DNA of 64,000 bases, from NCBI GenBank assembly GCA_027619415.1, contig JAQCFO010000003.1, positions 45,596-109,595 on the forward strand. The letters are read 5' to 3'. The stretch comes from Bacteroidota bacterium (GTDB taxonomy: Bacteria; Bacteroidota; Bacteroidia; Flavobacteriales; Flavobacteriaceae). How positions within the stretch are numbered: position 1 is the stretch's first letter; each line of letters opens with the position of its first letter. Both the position numbers and the translations under genes were made by a program. Below the pieces are notes generated by a model. That model was not told the origin of the DNA. It was given only the letters and a program-made list of their open reading frames with translations, and made no database searches. This document shows, piece after piece, positions 26,567 to 35,900 of the stretch.

Positions 26567-27649
26567 ATGAATTCAAGATTAATTTCATTAGATTTTTTTA
26601 GAGGATTAACAATAGCTTCTATGATTGTGGTGAATGACCCTGGTAGCTGGGCTCATGTTTATCCTCCATTAAGACACGCTACTTGGCATGGTGTAACCCC
26701 AACTGATCTTGTTTTTCCTTTTTTCTTATTTATTGTAGGCGTCTCAATTGTTCTTGCGCTTTCAAAGGCTAAAAACTCCAAATCTTCTATTTATTTTAAA
26801 ATTATAAAAAGAACCATAATTATTTTTTCAATAGGGTTGTTTTTAGCTTTATTTCCAAATTTTGATTTCGAAAATCTTAGAGTAGCCGGAGTGCTTCAAA
26901 GAATCGCATTAGTCTATCTCTTTTGTTCCGTAATTTATCTTAATTCCTCATTTTTAGTTCAGATTTGGATTGGGGTTATTTTACTTATTCTCTATTGGTT
27001 TTTTATGACTAAAGTTCCTTTTGGAGATTCATTGGCTGGCACACTAGACCCTGGAAATAATTTTGCTGCATGGTTAGACCAGTTTATAACTCCTGGAAGA
27101 ATGTATCAAAAAACATGGGATCCTGAAGGTTTCTTTAGCACTATTCCTGCAATAGCTACCGGAATAACGGGGATGTTCTGTGGTCATGTAATTTTGAATA
27201 AATCAAAAGATTTGAAAGATAAAATCATATTAATTTTTGTAGCTGGATTTAGCACAATTTGTTTAGGAATGTTATGGGACTTTAGTTTTTCTATGAACAA
27301 GCACATATGGACAAGCTCATATGTTTTATTTAGCTCTGGCCTTGCGATGCTATTCTTAGCTTGTTGTATTTGGATAATAGATTTAAAAAAGAAAACAAAG
27401 CCTTTTCATTTTGGAATTGTATTTGGTTCCAACGCCATCTTTGCCTACGTGCTTCATTCAATGCTGGGGAGGCTTTTTCATTTACCCATTATAGGTGGAA
27501 AAGGAATTCAGCAAAGTTGGATGGATTTTGGAATATGGACGGGAATTGATCCTCAGTTATTTTCATTTTCTTGGGCTCTTTTTTATACATTGTTTATTTA
27601 TATAATAATAAAAGAAATGTATAAACGTAAAATCTTTATAAAAATTTAA
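26567..27649 (+). CDS. DUF5009 / heparan-alpha-glucosaminide N-acetyltransferase-like membrane acyltransferase
   Basis: RLISLDFFRGLTIASMIVVNDPGSW and about 10 TM helices. Confidence 0.75.
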   Translation: MNSRLISLDFFRGLTIASMIVVNDPGSWAHVYPPLRHATWHGVTPTDLVFPFFLFIVGVSIVLALSKAKNSKSSIYFKIIKRTIIIFSIGLFLALFPNFDFENLRVAGVLQRIALVYLFCSVIYLNSSFLVQIWIGVILLILYWFFMTKVPFGDSLAGTLDPGNNFAAWLDQFITPGRMYQKTWDPEGFFSTIPAIATGITGMFCGHVILNKSKDLKDKIILIFVAGFSTICLGMLWDFSFSMNKHIWTSSYVLFSSGLAMLFLACCIWIIDLKKKTKPFHFGIVFGSNAIFAYVLHSMLGRLFHLPIIGGKGIQQSWMDFGIWTGIDPQLFSFSWALFYTLFIYIIIKEMYKRKIFIKI

Positions 27650-27659
27650 ATATCTATAC

Positions 27660-28159
27660 ATGAAAAATTATTTCTTAGGGTGTTTAATTCTTATTATTAG
27701 CGCTTGCACAACAAACTCTGAACCTAGCAGTGGCTTTGTTAATTTATCTTCCGATAAATTTCAAATAGGTTCCGATAAAACAGTAGATTTATTTAAGGAT
27801 TTTATTTAGCCTGGGCTAATCAAGATTATGCTTCTTTAGAGGATATGGTGTTCTCAGACGCTTCTTTTGAATTTCATGATGGAAGAATCGCTAATGGCGC
27901 AGAAGAATTTATTGCTTTGATTAAAGATGAAGCCGCGGCCGAACAAGCATTAGGAATCACTTTTAGTTGGACTTCTGAATATGCTATTTCTCTGAGATTA
28001 GCTTCTGATAATTACGGCGAATGGGTGAATGCTGGGTTTACCGCAAAGGCTGATAACTCTCAGGATGGAGTGGTTAAAAAAGTTTATAACGAGTGGTATT
28101 ACTTTAAAGACGGCAAACTAGAACAGTGGTATCAAACAATTCGAAAAACTAAGGATTAG
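27660..28159 (+). pseudogene. NTF2-like lipoprotein gene interrupted by a 1-nt frameshift near 27797-27809
   Basis: ATG 27660 gives MKNYFLGCLILIISACTTNS...DLFKDFI* (stop 27807-27809). The next frame, open from 27797, continues LAWANQDYASLEDMVFSDASF... to 28159. The joined product parallels 33403..33972 (ELWDNYISAHNAKDLDVIREM...). Confidence 0.6.
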
Positions 28160-28202
28160 TCTAGTTTATTACTGAAAATTTTTACGTAAGCTAATGGCTC
28201 AG

Positions 28203-28229
28203 AACTTAATTCTAATAGATAATTAAGTT
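28203..28229. terminator. bidirectional hairpin between convergent genes
   Basis: AACTTAATT / AATTAAGTT 9-bp stem with a 9-nt loop. Overlaps the stop of 28223..28690. Confidence 0.45.
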
Positions 28230-28690
28230 TTATTATTATATGGGAAAGATGAGTGGTGCAGGTTAATTTTAAGGGGGCCTTTCAATTGTCGGATATATGA
28301 AAAAGTATATTCTACCTTTACCTGAAGCCCGTTAGGGTCCGTAAAAAAGTAATTCCCCATTGCAAGGGCATTCTCATTATTTAAAATAACAGAGGAATTC
28401 TTAAACTTTACTTGAACCCAAGGCTGCAAAGCAAATCCAATGTCTTCCTTAAAGCTATTATCTCCTCCGATAAAATAAGATTTAGCAGCTTCAAGATTTA
28501 ATCTAAATTGAATTTCTGCCGCTTTTGTTGGTTTGAATAAAACTTTTCCTAAATCGAAAGCATACAGCTCATTAAGCATTGATTCAGTTGCTTTTTCACT
28601 GGCATTTCTGTTCGTTTTAAGGGATCCTATTTTAATTAAATTTTCACCCCATTTAGCTTGAGCTAGCTCGATATCTTCAATTGAAATCAT
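28223..28690 (-). CDS. conserved hypothetical protein, probably NTF2/SnoaL-like fold
   Basis: 155 aa with no signal peptide. The fold guess rests only on size and pattern. Confidence 0.5.
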   Translation of the reverse strand: MISIEDIELAQAKWGENLIKIGSLKTNRNASEKATESMLNELYAFDLGKVLFKPTKAAEIQFRLNLEAAKSYFIGGDNSFKEDIGFALQPWVQVKFKNSSVILNNENALAMGNYFFTDPNGLQVKVEYTFSYIRQLKGPLKINLHHSSFPYNNKT

Positions 28691-28776
28691 GTTTTTAAAA
28701 TATGCTTTATAAGCAAATTTAATTATTTCTATTGATTTTTAAATATTATAGTAGTTTTACAAAATAAAATTGACCT

Positions 28777-29427
28777 ATGAGCAAACATTCTTTTACTGTT
28801 TCAAAAAAAGCCAGATATTATCAAATAGGAGATGCTTCTCCTGTAATAAAGAAAGTTTGGATAGTTTTACATGGGTATGCGATGTTAAGTGAGTTCTTTA
28901 TTAAAAAATTTAAAAACTTAGATGATGGGGAAACTTTAGTTGTGGCTCCTGAGGCTTTAAATAGGTTTTATATTGATAGCTCTTACAATCGGGTTGGAGC
29001 TAGCTGGATGACAAAAGAAGAGAGAATAACTGATATTAAAGAAAACAACGATTATTTAAACTCTTTAGCTAATATCATTTTTAATAAAATTGGTCATGAC
29101 AATTTTTCTTTAAACATATTAGGGTTCTCACAGGGAGGAGCGACAGCCTGTAGATGGGTTTTTTCATCACCAATGAAAGTCAGCAATTTAATTCTATGGG
29201 CTGGAGGCATTCCAGAAGATACACTTACATCTGAAAATAAAGAAAAATGGTCTAACATTAACACTCATTTAATTATGGGGAAACAAGACTATTTAATCCC
29301 AGAAGACTATAAGGCCAGGTTTATAGAATTAATTAAAAAATATGGTATAGATTATTCTGTAACTCAATATGAAGGGGGTCATAAAATATATCCTGAAGTA
29401 TTATTAAACTTTTCTAAATCCTTGTAA
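28777..29427 (+). CDS. alpha/beta hydrolase (phospholipase/carboxylesterase-type esterase)
   Basis: HGY..., GFSQGG nucleophile elbow, C-terminal GGH. Confidence 0.75.
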   Translation: MSKHSFTVSKKARYYQIGDASPVIKKVWIVLHGYAMLSEFFIKKFKNLDDGETLVVAPEALNRFYIDSSYNRVGASWMTKEERITDIKENNDYLNSLANIIFNKIGHDNFSLNILGFSQGGATACRWVFSSPMKVSNLILWAGGIPEDTLTSENKEKWSNINTHLIMGKQDYLIPEDYKARFIELIKKYGIDYSVTQYEGGHKIYPEVLLNFSKSL

Positions 29428-29952
29428 ATGAATAATTCTATTTTACAAGACTTAGAAAGGCACCGTTTAACTCTTTTTGATGATTTATCTAGCTTAAATC
29501 AAGCTCAGTTAAATTATTCTAAAAAAGGATGGTCAATTAAGGAAATTCTATATCACACTTGGCTAGTTGAAGAATCTTCAGAAAAATACATTCGAACAAA
29601 AACTAAATTTCCTGAAACAATTTTAAAAATAAAATGCTCTACTTATTTAAGGTTGTTTTTAGTAAAATTATTCCTTCAACTAGGGCTTAAGGCTAAGGCT
29701 CCTATGGCAACTCAATTATTCCCAAAAGAAATTAATTTAAAAGAATTAAATAATAAGTGGGCGACATCTAGACGGTCTTTTGATTCACTCATCACAGAAT
29801 TAAAAGAAAAGAAATTAAACAATAAAGCCGTGTTTAGACATCCTTTAATTGGAAGAATTAATATAAACCTAACTCTCGCTTTTTTTGAATTTCATTTTAA
29901 ACATCATCAAAAACAAATCAACACTTTAAAAAAGCAGGTTCAAGATTTTTAA
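29428..29952 (+). CDS. DinB family protein
   Basis: DinB_2-like helices with His residues (YHTWLVEES, FEFHFKHHQKQ). ATG directly follows the upstream stop. Confidence 0.7.
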   Translation: MNNSILQDLERHRLTLFDDLSSLNQAQLNYSKKGWSIKEILYHTWLVEESSEKYIRTKTKFPETILKIKCSTYLRLFLVKLFLQLGLKAKAPMATQLFPKEINLKELNNKWATSRRSFDSLITELKEKKLNNKAVFRHPLIGRININLTLAFFEFHFKHHQKQINTLKKQVQDF

Positions 29953-31481
29953 AGCCCTCCTTTTCTTTGTGGACTTCTTTGAGTAGGCCAAGTTCCTTGC
30001 TTTCCAGATCTAGAATTGATAGGCATAATTATCCTTTCTCTTGATGTTTTACTGTCATCTTCACTAGCCATATAAGCTAAAACAGCCGTAAGAATAACAT
30101 TGTTTCTTACATCATCAAAAATAATTTTATCGTAAGTATCTCTATTTGTATGCCAAGTATAATCCCAATAAGACCAGTTTAAAGAACTTAAATTAAACGC
30201 TGGGACACCTGCAGCTACAAAAGAAGCATTATCAGAACCTCCCCCACTTGGACTTCCCGGGAATGAAGTTTCAATGTGTTTTGTTACATCTTTAGGAACA
30301 GAATTTAACCATCTGGATATGTATTCATATGAGTGTAAAAAACCTGCACCGTTAATACTTACTACACGACCTGTTCCGTTATCTTGATTAAATACAGCTT
30401 GAGTGTTTTCAACAATTTTAGGAAAATCTTCTACAAAAGCTCTAGACCCATTCAATCCTTGCTCTTCACTTCCCCAATGTCCTACTAAAATTGTTCTTTT
30501 AGGGTTAGGATACATTTTCTTTAAAACTCTCATTGTCTCCATCATAACTAACGAACCTGTTCCATTGTCAGTTGCACCTGTCCCTCCATCCCACGAATCA
30601 AAATGAGCAGATAATATAACATATTCATCTGGCTTTTCAACTCCCTTTATCTCGGCAATCGTATTAAAAGTTTGTACAACTCCATGTTCCTTAGACTTTG
30701 ATATTACTTTAATTTTAGGATTGTCACCATACTCAACCATTCTGTAAAGCATCGTATAATCTTCTAATTCTAAATCAATTGTTGGAATTTTTTTAGTTCT
30801 TGCGCTAAAAATTTTATTTACTCCAAATCCTCTTGACCAATTAGAGGAAATGATTCCAACAGCACCCGCCTCTTCAATAGCCTGATCAATACCTCGACCA
30901 TAGCCTGTTTTTCTAAGGTTTTCTCTCCATTCACTTGTTTGGTTATTTCTTTCTTCTTTCATTTTTTCAAAAGATTCAGCAGTAGCAAATTCTTCCCAAT
31001 TATAATCTGGTCTTCCAGTAGGTTGCTTCATATCTTTCATTACAAATTTTCCTTTAACGCCTTTAAGCCATTTGTCAAACGCAGCTTTGTTTGAAACCAT
31101 AGGCATAACTTCTAACTCTGCTGTTACTCCATTTTTTTTAGTCGAAGGGCTCCAGGCTAATTGCATTCCTGTTAAACTTCTATTTCTAGGATGAATCATG
31201 TCCACTTGAGTCGATATTCTTTCCCAGCCTCTCCACTCTCCCCACTGATGAAGTCTGGAGGGAATTCCCCAAGATTCATATTTTTTAATAGCCCAATCGT
31301 GAGCTGTTTTCATTTGTGGAGTCCCTACAAGTCTAGGGCCTATTACATCTAATAGTTCATGAGCTAAATGCTCTAATTGTGAGTTTTCGGTGGCTTCTTT
31401 AATTATACTATCAACTGTTTCCAGTTGACCAAAAGCATTAATAGTGATAAAGAAAAGGATAATAGAAAGATGTTTTTTCAT
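29949..31481 (-). CDS. M28 family metallopeptidase, secreted
   Basis: HFDSWDGGTGATDNGTGS and GSEEQGLNGS metal-ligand motifs, plus a signal peptide. Confidence 0.88.
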   Translation of the reverse strand: MKKHLSIILFFITINAFGQLETVDSIIKEATENSQLEHLAHELLDVIGPRLVGTPQMKTAHDWAIKKYESWGIPSRLHQWGEWRGWERISTQVDMIHPRNRSLTGMQLAWSPSTKKNGVTAELEVMPMVSNKAAFDKWLKGVKGKFVMKDMKQPTGRPDYNWEEFATAESFEKMKEERNNQTSEWRENLRKTGYGRGIDQAIEEAGAVGIISSNWSRGFGVNKIFSARTKKIPTIDLELEDYTMLYRMVEYGDNPKIKVISKSKEHGVVQTFNTIAEIKGVEKPDEYVILSAHFDSWDGGTGATDNGTGSLVMMETMRVLKKMYPNPKRTILVGHWGSEEQGLNGSRAFVEDFPKIVENTQAVFNQDNGTGRVVSINGAGFLHSYEYISRWLNSVPKDVTKHIETSFPGSPSGGGSDNASFVAAGVPAFNLSSLNWSYWDYTWHTNRDTYDKIIFDDVRNNVILTAVLAYMASEDDSKTSRERIIMPINSRSGKQGTWPTQRSPQRKGGL

Positions 31482-31557
31482 TTTAATAAATTTATGATAT
31501 TATAAATGTAAGGAGTATTCTTAATATTACAACAAAAATAAATATAACTGGTTTAAA

Positions 31558-32412
31558 ATGAATGTTGAAAAAAATTTAATTCTTGAAGAAAAAAACAAAA
31601 AATCCATTGTTTATGATGTTTTTCATCTTAATAATTCTATTAGAAAGCCTCTAGTTGTTTTTTCTCATGGATACAAAGGCTTTAAAGACTGGGGCCCCTG
31701 GGACCTTGTTGGAAAAGAATTTGCTAAACATAATTTCGTTTTTGTAAAATTTAACTTTTCACATAATGGAGGAACCCTAAACAATCCTATTGACTTTCCA
31801 GATTTAAAGGCTTTTGGAAATAATAATTACACTCACGAATTAGACGACATAGATAGGGTTTTAAATTTTTTTAAAACCTCTAACCCTTATTCTAAAAACA
31901 TTGATTTAAATGCTATTATTTTAATTGGACATAGTAGAGGGGGGGGGTCTATTTTGATAAAAGCTTCAGAAAATTTATTAGTTAAGGGTGTAATTACTTG
32001 GGCAGGAGTCAGTGATTTTAAAGCTAGGTTCTTAAAAGAAAATACTCCAGGTTTTAAAGCTTGGAAAGATAAAGGAGTAACGTATGTTAAAAATCAGCGT
32101 ACCGAACAATCCATGCCTCATTTTTTTCAGTTTTATGAAGATTTTAGAAAGAACGAGAAAAGATTAAACATTAGGTCTGCTGTGGAAAAATTAAAAATTC
32201 CATACTTAATCATTCACGGAGACAAAGACCAATCAGTCCTTCCTTTTGAGGCAGAGAATTTGATGTCTTGGAATAAATTAAATAAACTTTTAATACTTGA
32301 GGAGGGGAATCATACTTTTTCTGCGAAACATCCTTGGCCATTTAATTATTTGCCAAAAGAGTTGAAACAGGTTACTCTTTCTAGTATAAAGTTTATTAAA
32401 TCTAATTTTTGA
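31558..32412 (+). CDS. alpha/beta hydrolase
   Basis: Nucleophile elbow GHSRGG, C-terminal HGDKD...GNH. Confidence 0.75.
   Translation: MNVEKNLILEEKNKKSIVYDVFHLNNSIRKPLVVFSHGYKGFKDWGPWDLVGKEFAKHNFVFVKFNFSHNGGTLNNPIDFPDLKAFGNNNYTHELDDIDRVLNFFKTSNPYSKNIDLNAIILIGHSRGGGSILIKASENLLVKGVITWAGVSDFKARFLKENTPGFKAWKDKGVTYVKNQRTEQSMPHFFQFYEDFRKNEKRLNIRSAVEKLKIPYLIIHGDKDQSVLPFEAENLMSWNKLNKLLILEEGNHTFSAKHPWPFNYLPKELKQVTLSSIKFIKSNF
31939..31947 (+). repeat. G9 homopolymer inside the GHSRGGGS nucleophile-elbow codons
   Basis: agt aga ggg ggg ggg tct, read directly. In frame as sequenced. Confidence 0.95.
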
Positions 32413-32422
32413 TTGAGTTAAG

Positions 32423-33289
32423 CTATGCTTTTAGAGATTTCATGTAATTGAAATTATCTTTAGCTGATTCCAGCTGGCTTGTATATCTGTATTGCTCCTG
32501 CTCAACTATATGGGTTTTAAGACCTTTTGTTTTGCCATGGGCTAAGATAGTAGGGAAGTCAATAGACCCCTTTCCAAGCGTACAAGATTCAAACTTATTG
32601 TCAGGAAGACTTAAATAATCTTTAACATGACAGTATTTAAATCTGTCAGGATGTCTATTAAACCATTCTATTGGATCCTCCCCTGCAGCGACAACCCAGT
32701 ATATGTCCATTTCAAAATCAACTAAACTTTTGTCTGTGTTGTTCATTAAGACATCTTGAAGGTATTCTCCTTCAATTTTTTTAAAAGAATAATCATGATT
32801 ATGATAGGCAAATTTCATTCCATTTTGTTGAGATATTTCTCCACATTTATTAAAAATTTCAGCATTTATTAAAAATTGATCTACGGTCCTCTCTCCATCC
32901 GCCCATGGGCATATCAAATACTTCATCCCAATTTCACCTGCTTCAGCAGACTTCTTCTTAAAGCTTTCTAAATTGTTTGCGTCTCCACAATGACTAGAAA
33001 TCATAGTTAGCCCTAAATCGTCCAGAAATTGTTTAAATTCTAAATTTGTCATCCCCCAAAAAAGACCTAGATTCCCTTCATATCCTTCAATATACTTGTA
33101 TCCATAAGATGCTAACTTTGTTAAAGTTTCTTTTGGATTCTTAGTCATCTCATCTCTCAATGAATATAGCTGAACTCCAAAGATGTTTTTTGGAATGCCT
33201 TCATAAGAACTACACGCGCTAATAGAAAGCGGTGCTATAATTGATGCTGACATAATTGAAGTGTTTAAAATAAATTCTCTTCTTTTCAT
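32423..33289 (-). CDS. Tat-exported sugar phosphate isomerase/epimerase (xylose-isomerase-like TIM barrel)
   Basis: MKRREFILNTS twin-arginine signal and TIM-barrel motifs (HVKD, VEQE). Confidence 0.85.
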   Translation of the reverse strand: MKRREFILNTSIMSASIIAPLSISACSSYEGIPKNIFGVQLYSLRDEMTKNPKETLTKLASYGYKYIEGYEGNLGLFWGMTNLEFKQFLDDLGLTMISSHCGDANNLESFKKKSAEAGEIGMKYLICPWADGERTVDQFLINAEIFNKCGEISQQNGMKFAYHNHDYSFKKIEGEYLQDVLMNNTDKSLVDFEMDIYWVVAAGEDPIEWFNRHPDRFKYCHVKDYLSLPDNKFESCTLGKGSIDFPTILAHGKTKGLKTHIVEQEQYRYTSQLESAKDNFNYMKSLKA

Positions 33290-33402
33290 TTTTTAATGTT
33301 AGAATGTGTGTCCCTTTAATCTCTAAGATATGTAAAATACTTTAAAAAAAATGGAATGAATTCCATTTACTATATTTACCATAACCTTTAAAAAATATTC
33401 TT

Positions 33403-33972
33403 ATGAAAAAATTATTATTATTACTTACACTAGGTTTTTTAAGTTCTTGTAACAACACTGCTGTTCAAAAAATGGTAGGAGCAATAACTCCAGAAGCTGA
33501 AGTCATTGAGGTTGAAGTTAATACTCCTGCTGGATATTTGTCTACAGCTGATGGCAGGTCTAATGTTAATGACGGGAATCCTGCTAATTTAGAGCTGTGG
33601 GATAACTATATCAGTGCTCATAATGCCAAAGACTTAGATGTTATTCGTGAAATGAATGCAGATTCAACACAACAGTTTGGTGGTTTCAAAATTTATGATG
33701 TAGATGGGTCTGTTATCGATGGATCTGATAGTCATATAGAACTATTAAGTGGATGGTTTGAAGCTGAAAATCCTAAATGGGATACATTCTTTTCTTATAC
33801 TATGAAAGTTGATGGCCAGATTGGTGAGTGGGTAATTTCAGGAGCTTCTGTTACAACAACTTTAGATGGTGAAGAAAAAACTAAATATAATTTGGCTGAT
33901 GTTTATATTGAGGATGGGAAAATAGGTGCTTTTTGGATTTATTCAAGAGCTGCCGTTCTTTCTGAAGAATAA
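33403..33972 (+). CDS. lipoprotein, NTF2-like
   Basis: Lipobox GFLSSC. Distant paralog of the frameshifted gene 27660..28159. Confidence 0.55.
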   Translation: MKKLLLLLTLGFLSSCNNTAVQKMVGAITPEAEVIEVEVNTPAGYLSTADGRSNVNDGNPANLELWDNYISAHNAKDLDVIREMNADSTQQFGGFKIYDVDGSVIDGSDSHIELLSGWFEAENPKWDTFFSYTMKVDGQIGEWVISGASVTTTLDGEEKTKYNLADVYIEDGKIGAFWIYSRAAVLSEE

Positions 33973-33994
33973 GCTTATTAAATAGATTAAAAAA

Positions 33995-34022
33995 AGCCCT
34001 GTCTAAAATTTTAGACAGGGCT
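33995..34022. terminator. bidirectional rho-independent terminator
   Basis: AGCCCTGTCTAAA / TTTAGACAGGGCT perfect 13-bp inverted repeat, flanked by an A run upstream and a T run downstream. Lies between convergent genes. Confidence 0.8.
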
Positions 34023-34052
34023 TTTTTTATTAGATTAATAAAACTAAATCGT

Positions 34053-34826
34053 TTAGCTTGATTTAAATGGCAAATAAGGACTTTTTATCCAGTTAAATAA
34101 AGAACTTAAAATTCCATAAAAGAAGCTATAAAAAGCTAATGCTACATAAAGTTGCGCTAAAATAATTGCTACTTGAACATATTCCCAACCAACTGCTAAT
34201 GCACCATCAAGGTTATAACCTGTTGCTTCAGATCCTGTAACGTCCCACGAAAAGAAGTCAGCAATAAATCCTCCAACAAATTCAAGTCCAAGCATTCCCA
34301 TAAAGGCTGCCATTGCATCCACTGGTAAGGCGTAAGAGTAAGCAAATCCATCAGTTAAATCAACGCCAATAGACATCCCATCAGAAGCTAGTACCCATCC
34401 GATAGTTGCACAAAAAGCGCCAAACAAAGCAACTAAAGCTGTAATGTGACCTAAAGCTTTAATGTGAGCAACGATAACATCTTTAAAAAAGAAATCTACC
34501 ATTCCACTTTTAGATGCAGCTAATGAATCCCCTGCAGATCTGATTACTTGAGCAATAGGAAAAGCAGCATAAATTAAAACCAACGTACAAAGCCCTGCAG
34601 ACAATTTCCCTAGTCCATCAGCTGCGTTTAAAGCATCCATACCTCCAGTAATAACTGAAATAAGCATTCCTACAAGTACAACTAATGCTCCAACTTTGAA
34701 TATTTTTCCTGTCCAGTCACTAACTGACCCTTCAGAGTTATCCATCATTTCGTTAAAGCAATTCTTTGGAAGTTTTTGGTTCACCATATTGGGGAAATCC
34801 AAAATTTGATCAATAATTTTATTCAT
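34053..34826 (-). CDS. multi-pass membrane protein of unknown function
   Basis: 257 aa, Ala/Gly-rich, with about 5-6 hydrophobic segments. I recognise no motif. Confidence 0.6.
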   Translation of the reverse strand: MNKIIDQILDFPNMVNQKLPKNCFNEMMDNSEGSVSDWTGKIFKVGALVVLVGMLISVITGGMDALNAADGLGKLSAGLCTLVLIYAAFPIAQVIRSAGDSLAASKSGMVDFFFKDVIVAHIKALGHITALVALFGAFCATIGWVLASDGMSIGVDLTDGFAYSYALPVDAMAAFMGMLGLEFVGGFIADFFSWDVTGSEATGYNLDGALAVGWEYVQVAIILAQLYVALAFYSFFYGILSSLFNWIKSPYLPFKSS

Positions 34827-34999
34827 AATATTTTTTTTAGTTATATATTGAATTTACATAAAATTTATTAAATAGTTACTTTATTAACATTTATTAACAC
34901 ATTTACTAATCAAATTAGTAGTTTTAAAATAGAATTATTGACCATTATATAATCTTATAATTAATCCAAATTATACTTTAAAATAGAGTTAATAATTCT

Positions 35000-35007
35000 T
35001 AAGTTTG
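35000..35007 (+). promoter_or_regulatory. TAnnTTTG -7 box for the tRNA gene
   Basis: TAAGTTTG lies 25 nt upstream of tRNA position 1. A perfect 8-bp hairpin (35010-35028, GTTCGTTA/TAACGAAC) sits in the leader. Confidence 0.4.
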
Positions 35008-35032
35008 ACGTTCGTTATTTTAACGAACAAAA

Positions 35033-35106
35033 GGTCCTATAGCTCAGTTGGTTAGAGTAGTTGACTCATAATCAATTGGTCCCAGGTTCGAGTCCTGGTG
35101 GGACCA
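35033..35106 (+). tRNA. tRNA with anticodon CAT, most likely lysidine-modified tRNA-Ile2 rather than elongator tRNA-Met
   Basis: Hand-folded cloverleaf: acceptor GGTCCTA/TGGGACC, D arm GCTC/GAGT, anticodon arm GTTGA-CTCATAA-TCAAT, T arm CCAGG-TTCGAGT-CCTGG, discriminator A. The G27-U43 wobble and TGGTC variable loop resemble E. coli ileX as I remember it. It lacks initiator features. Confidence 0.9.
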
Positions 35107-35111
35107 CCCTT

Positions 35112-35139
35112 AAAACCCTTCTTAATTGAGGGGTTTTTT
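35112..35139 (+). terminator. rho-independent terminator after the tRNA
   Basis: AAAACCC...GGGGTTTTTT hairpin with a T tract. Confidence 0.65.
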
Positions 35140-35600
35140 GTTTTTAGATGTTTAGCAACAACTTACTTAAAGGTATAAAAACTTGGCAACTATGTGGCAA
35201 CTGCAATTATTTCGTCAATAACTTTCTTGTTTCGTTAATAAATATTGTTTCAAAACACAAAATAAACCCTTAACTACGTTATATAATTAAATGGATCTAA
35301 ACTTGGCACATAGAATCCATTAAGACGTTAGAGAACCAAGATATTTTCTACAAAGAACCTTTTAGATTCCCAATAAGGTTCAACGTTGTAAACTCGCATA
35401 GAGTACACAAGTGGGTAAGTGTAGCAGTTTTTCCTGTGTCAGTATTAATAGACACCGATTGAATAGGTTTTCTGCCTTGATGTTGATGGAGGGTTCTTCA
35501 TATAAAAAGAATAGTATCTTTTTTAAATGAGGTGTGTCGTAGTTTAATTAGATAAAGTGCCCTAGCGGGCAGATGTTTACGTAAAGTAGTTTAAAATAGT

Positions 35601-35900
35601 ATGAATACAACAGGTAAAAAGTATGGAGGAAGAACTAAAGGAACTCCTAATAAATTAAGTAATGAAATTAAAGAAAGATTAGCCACCATTCTAAATGAAG
35701 CAATGGATAGTATTGATGTAAAAACATTAACAGTTTCTGAACGATTAAAGTTAATTCAGATTAGTGTTCAATATGTTATTCCAAGATTAAAACAGGTTGA
35801 AGATGTTACTGATGAGATGCCTACAAACTTTCAAATAGAAATAATAGATTCCTTGAGTAAATATTCAGATAAAGAATTGGATCAAGCTATTAAGGGTTAA
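35601..35900 (+). CDS. hypothetical protein (99 aa), phage/mobile-element flavour
   Basis: N-terminal GGRTKGTPNK basic motif, then a helical region. No homolog recognised. Confidence 0.5.
   Translation: MNTTGKKYGGRTKGTPNKLSNEIKERLATILNEAMDSIDVKTLTVSERLKLIQISVQYVIPRLKQVEDVTDEMPTNFQIEIIDSLSKYSDKELDQAIKG

Noticed and set aside
35300-35316. Sigma-54 promoter suggested by TGGCAC at 35304.
   Set aside because: No TTGC element at the required spacing. The motif is better explained as one of the reiterated AAACTTGGCA sites.
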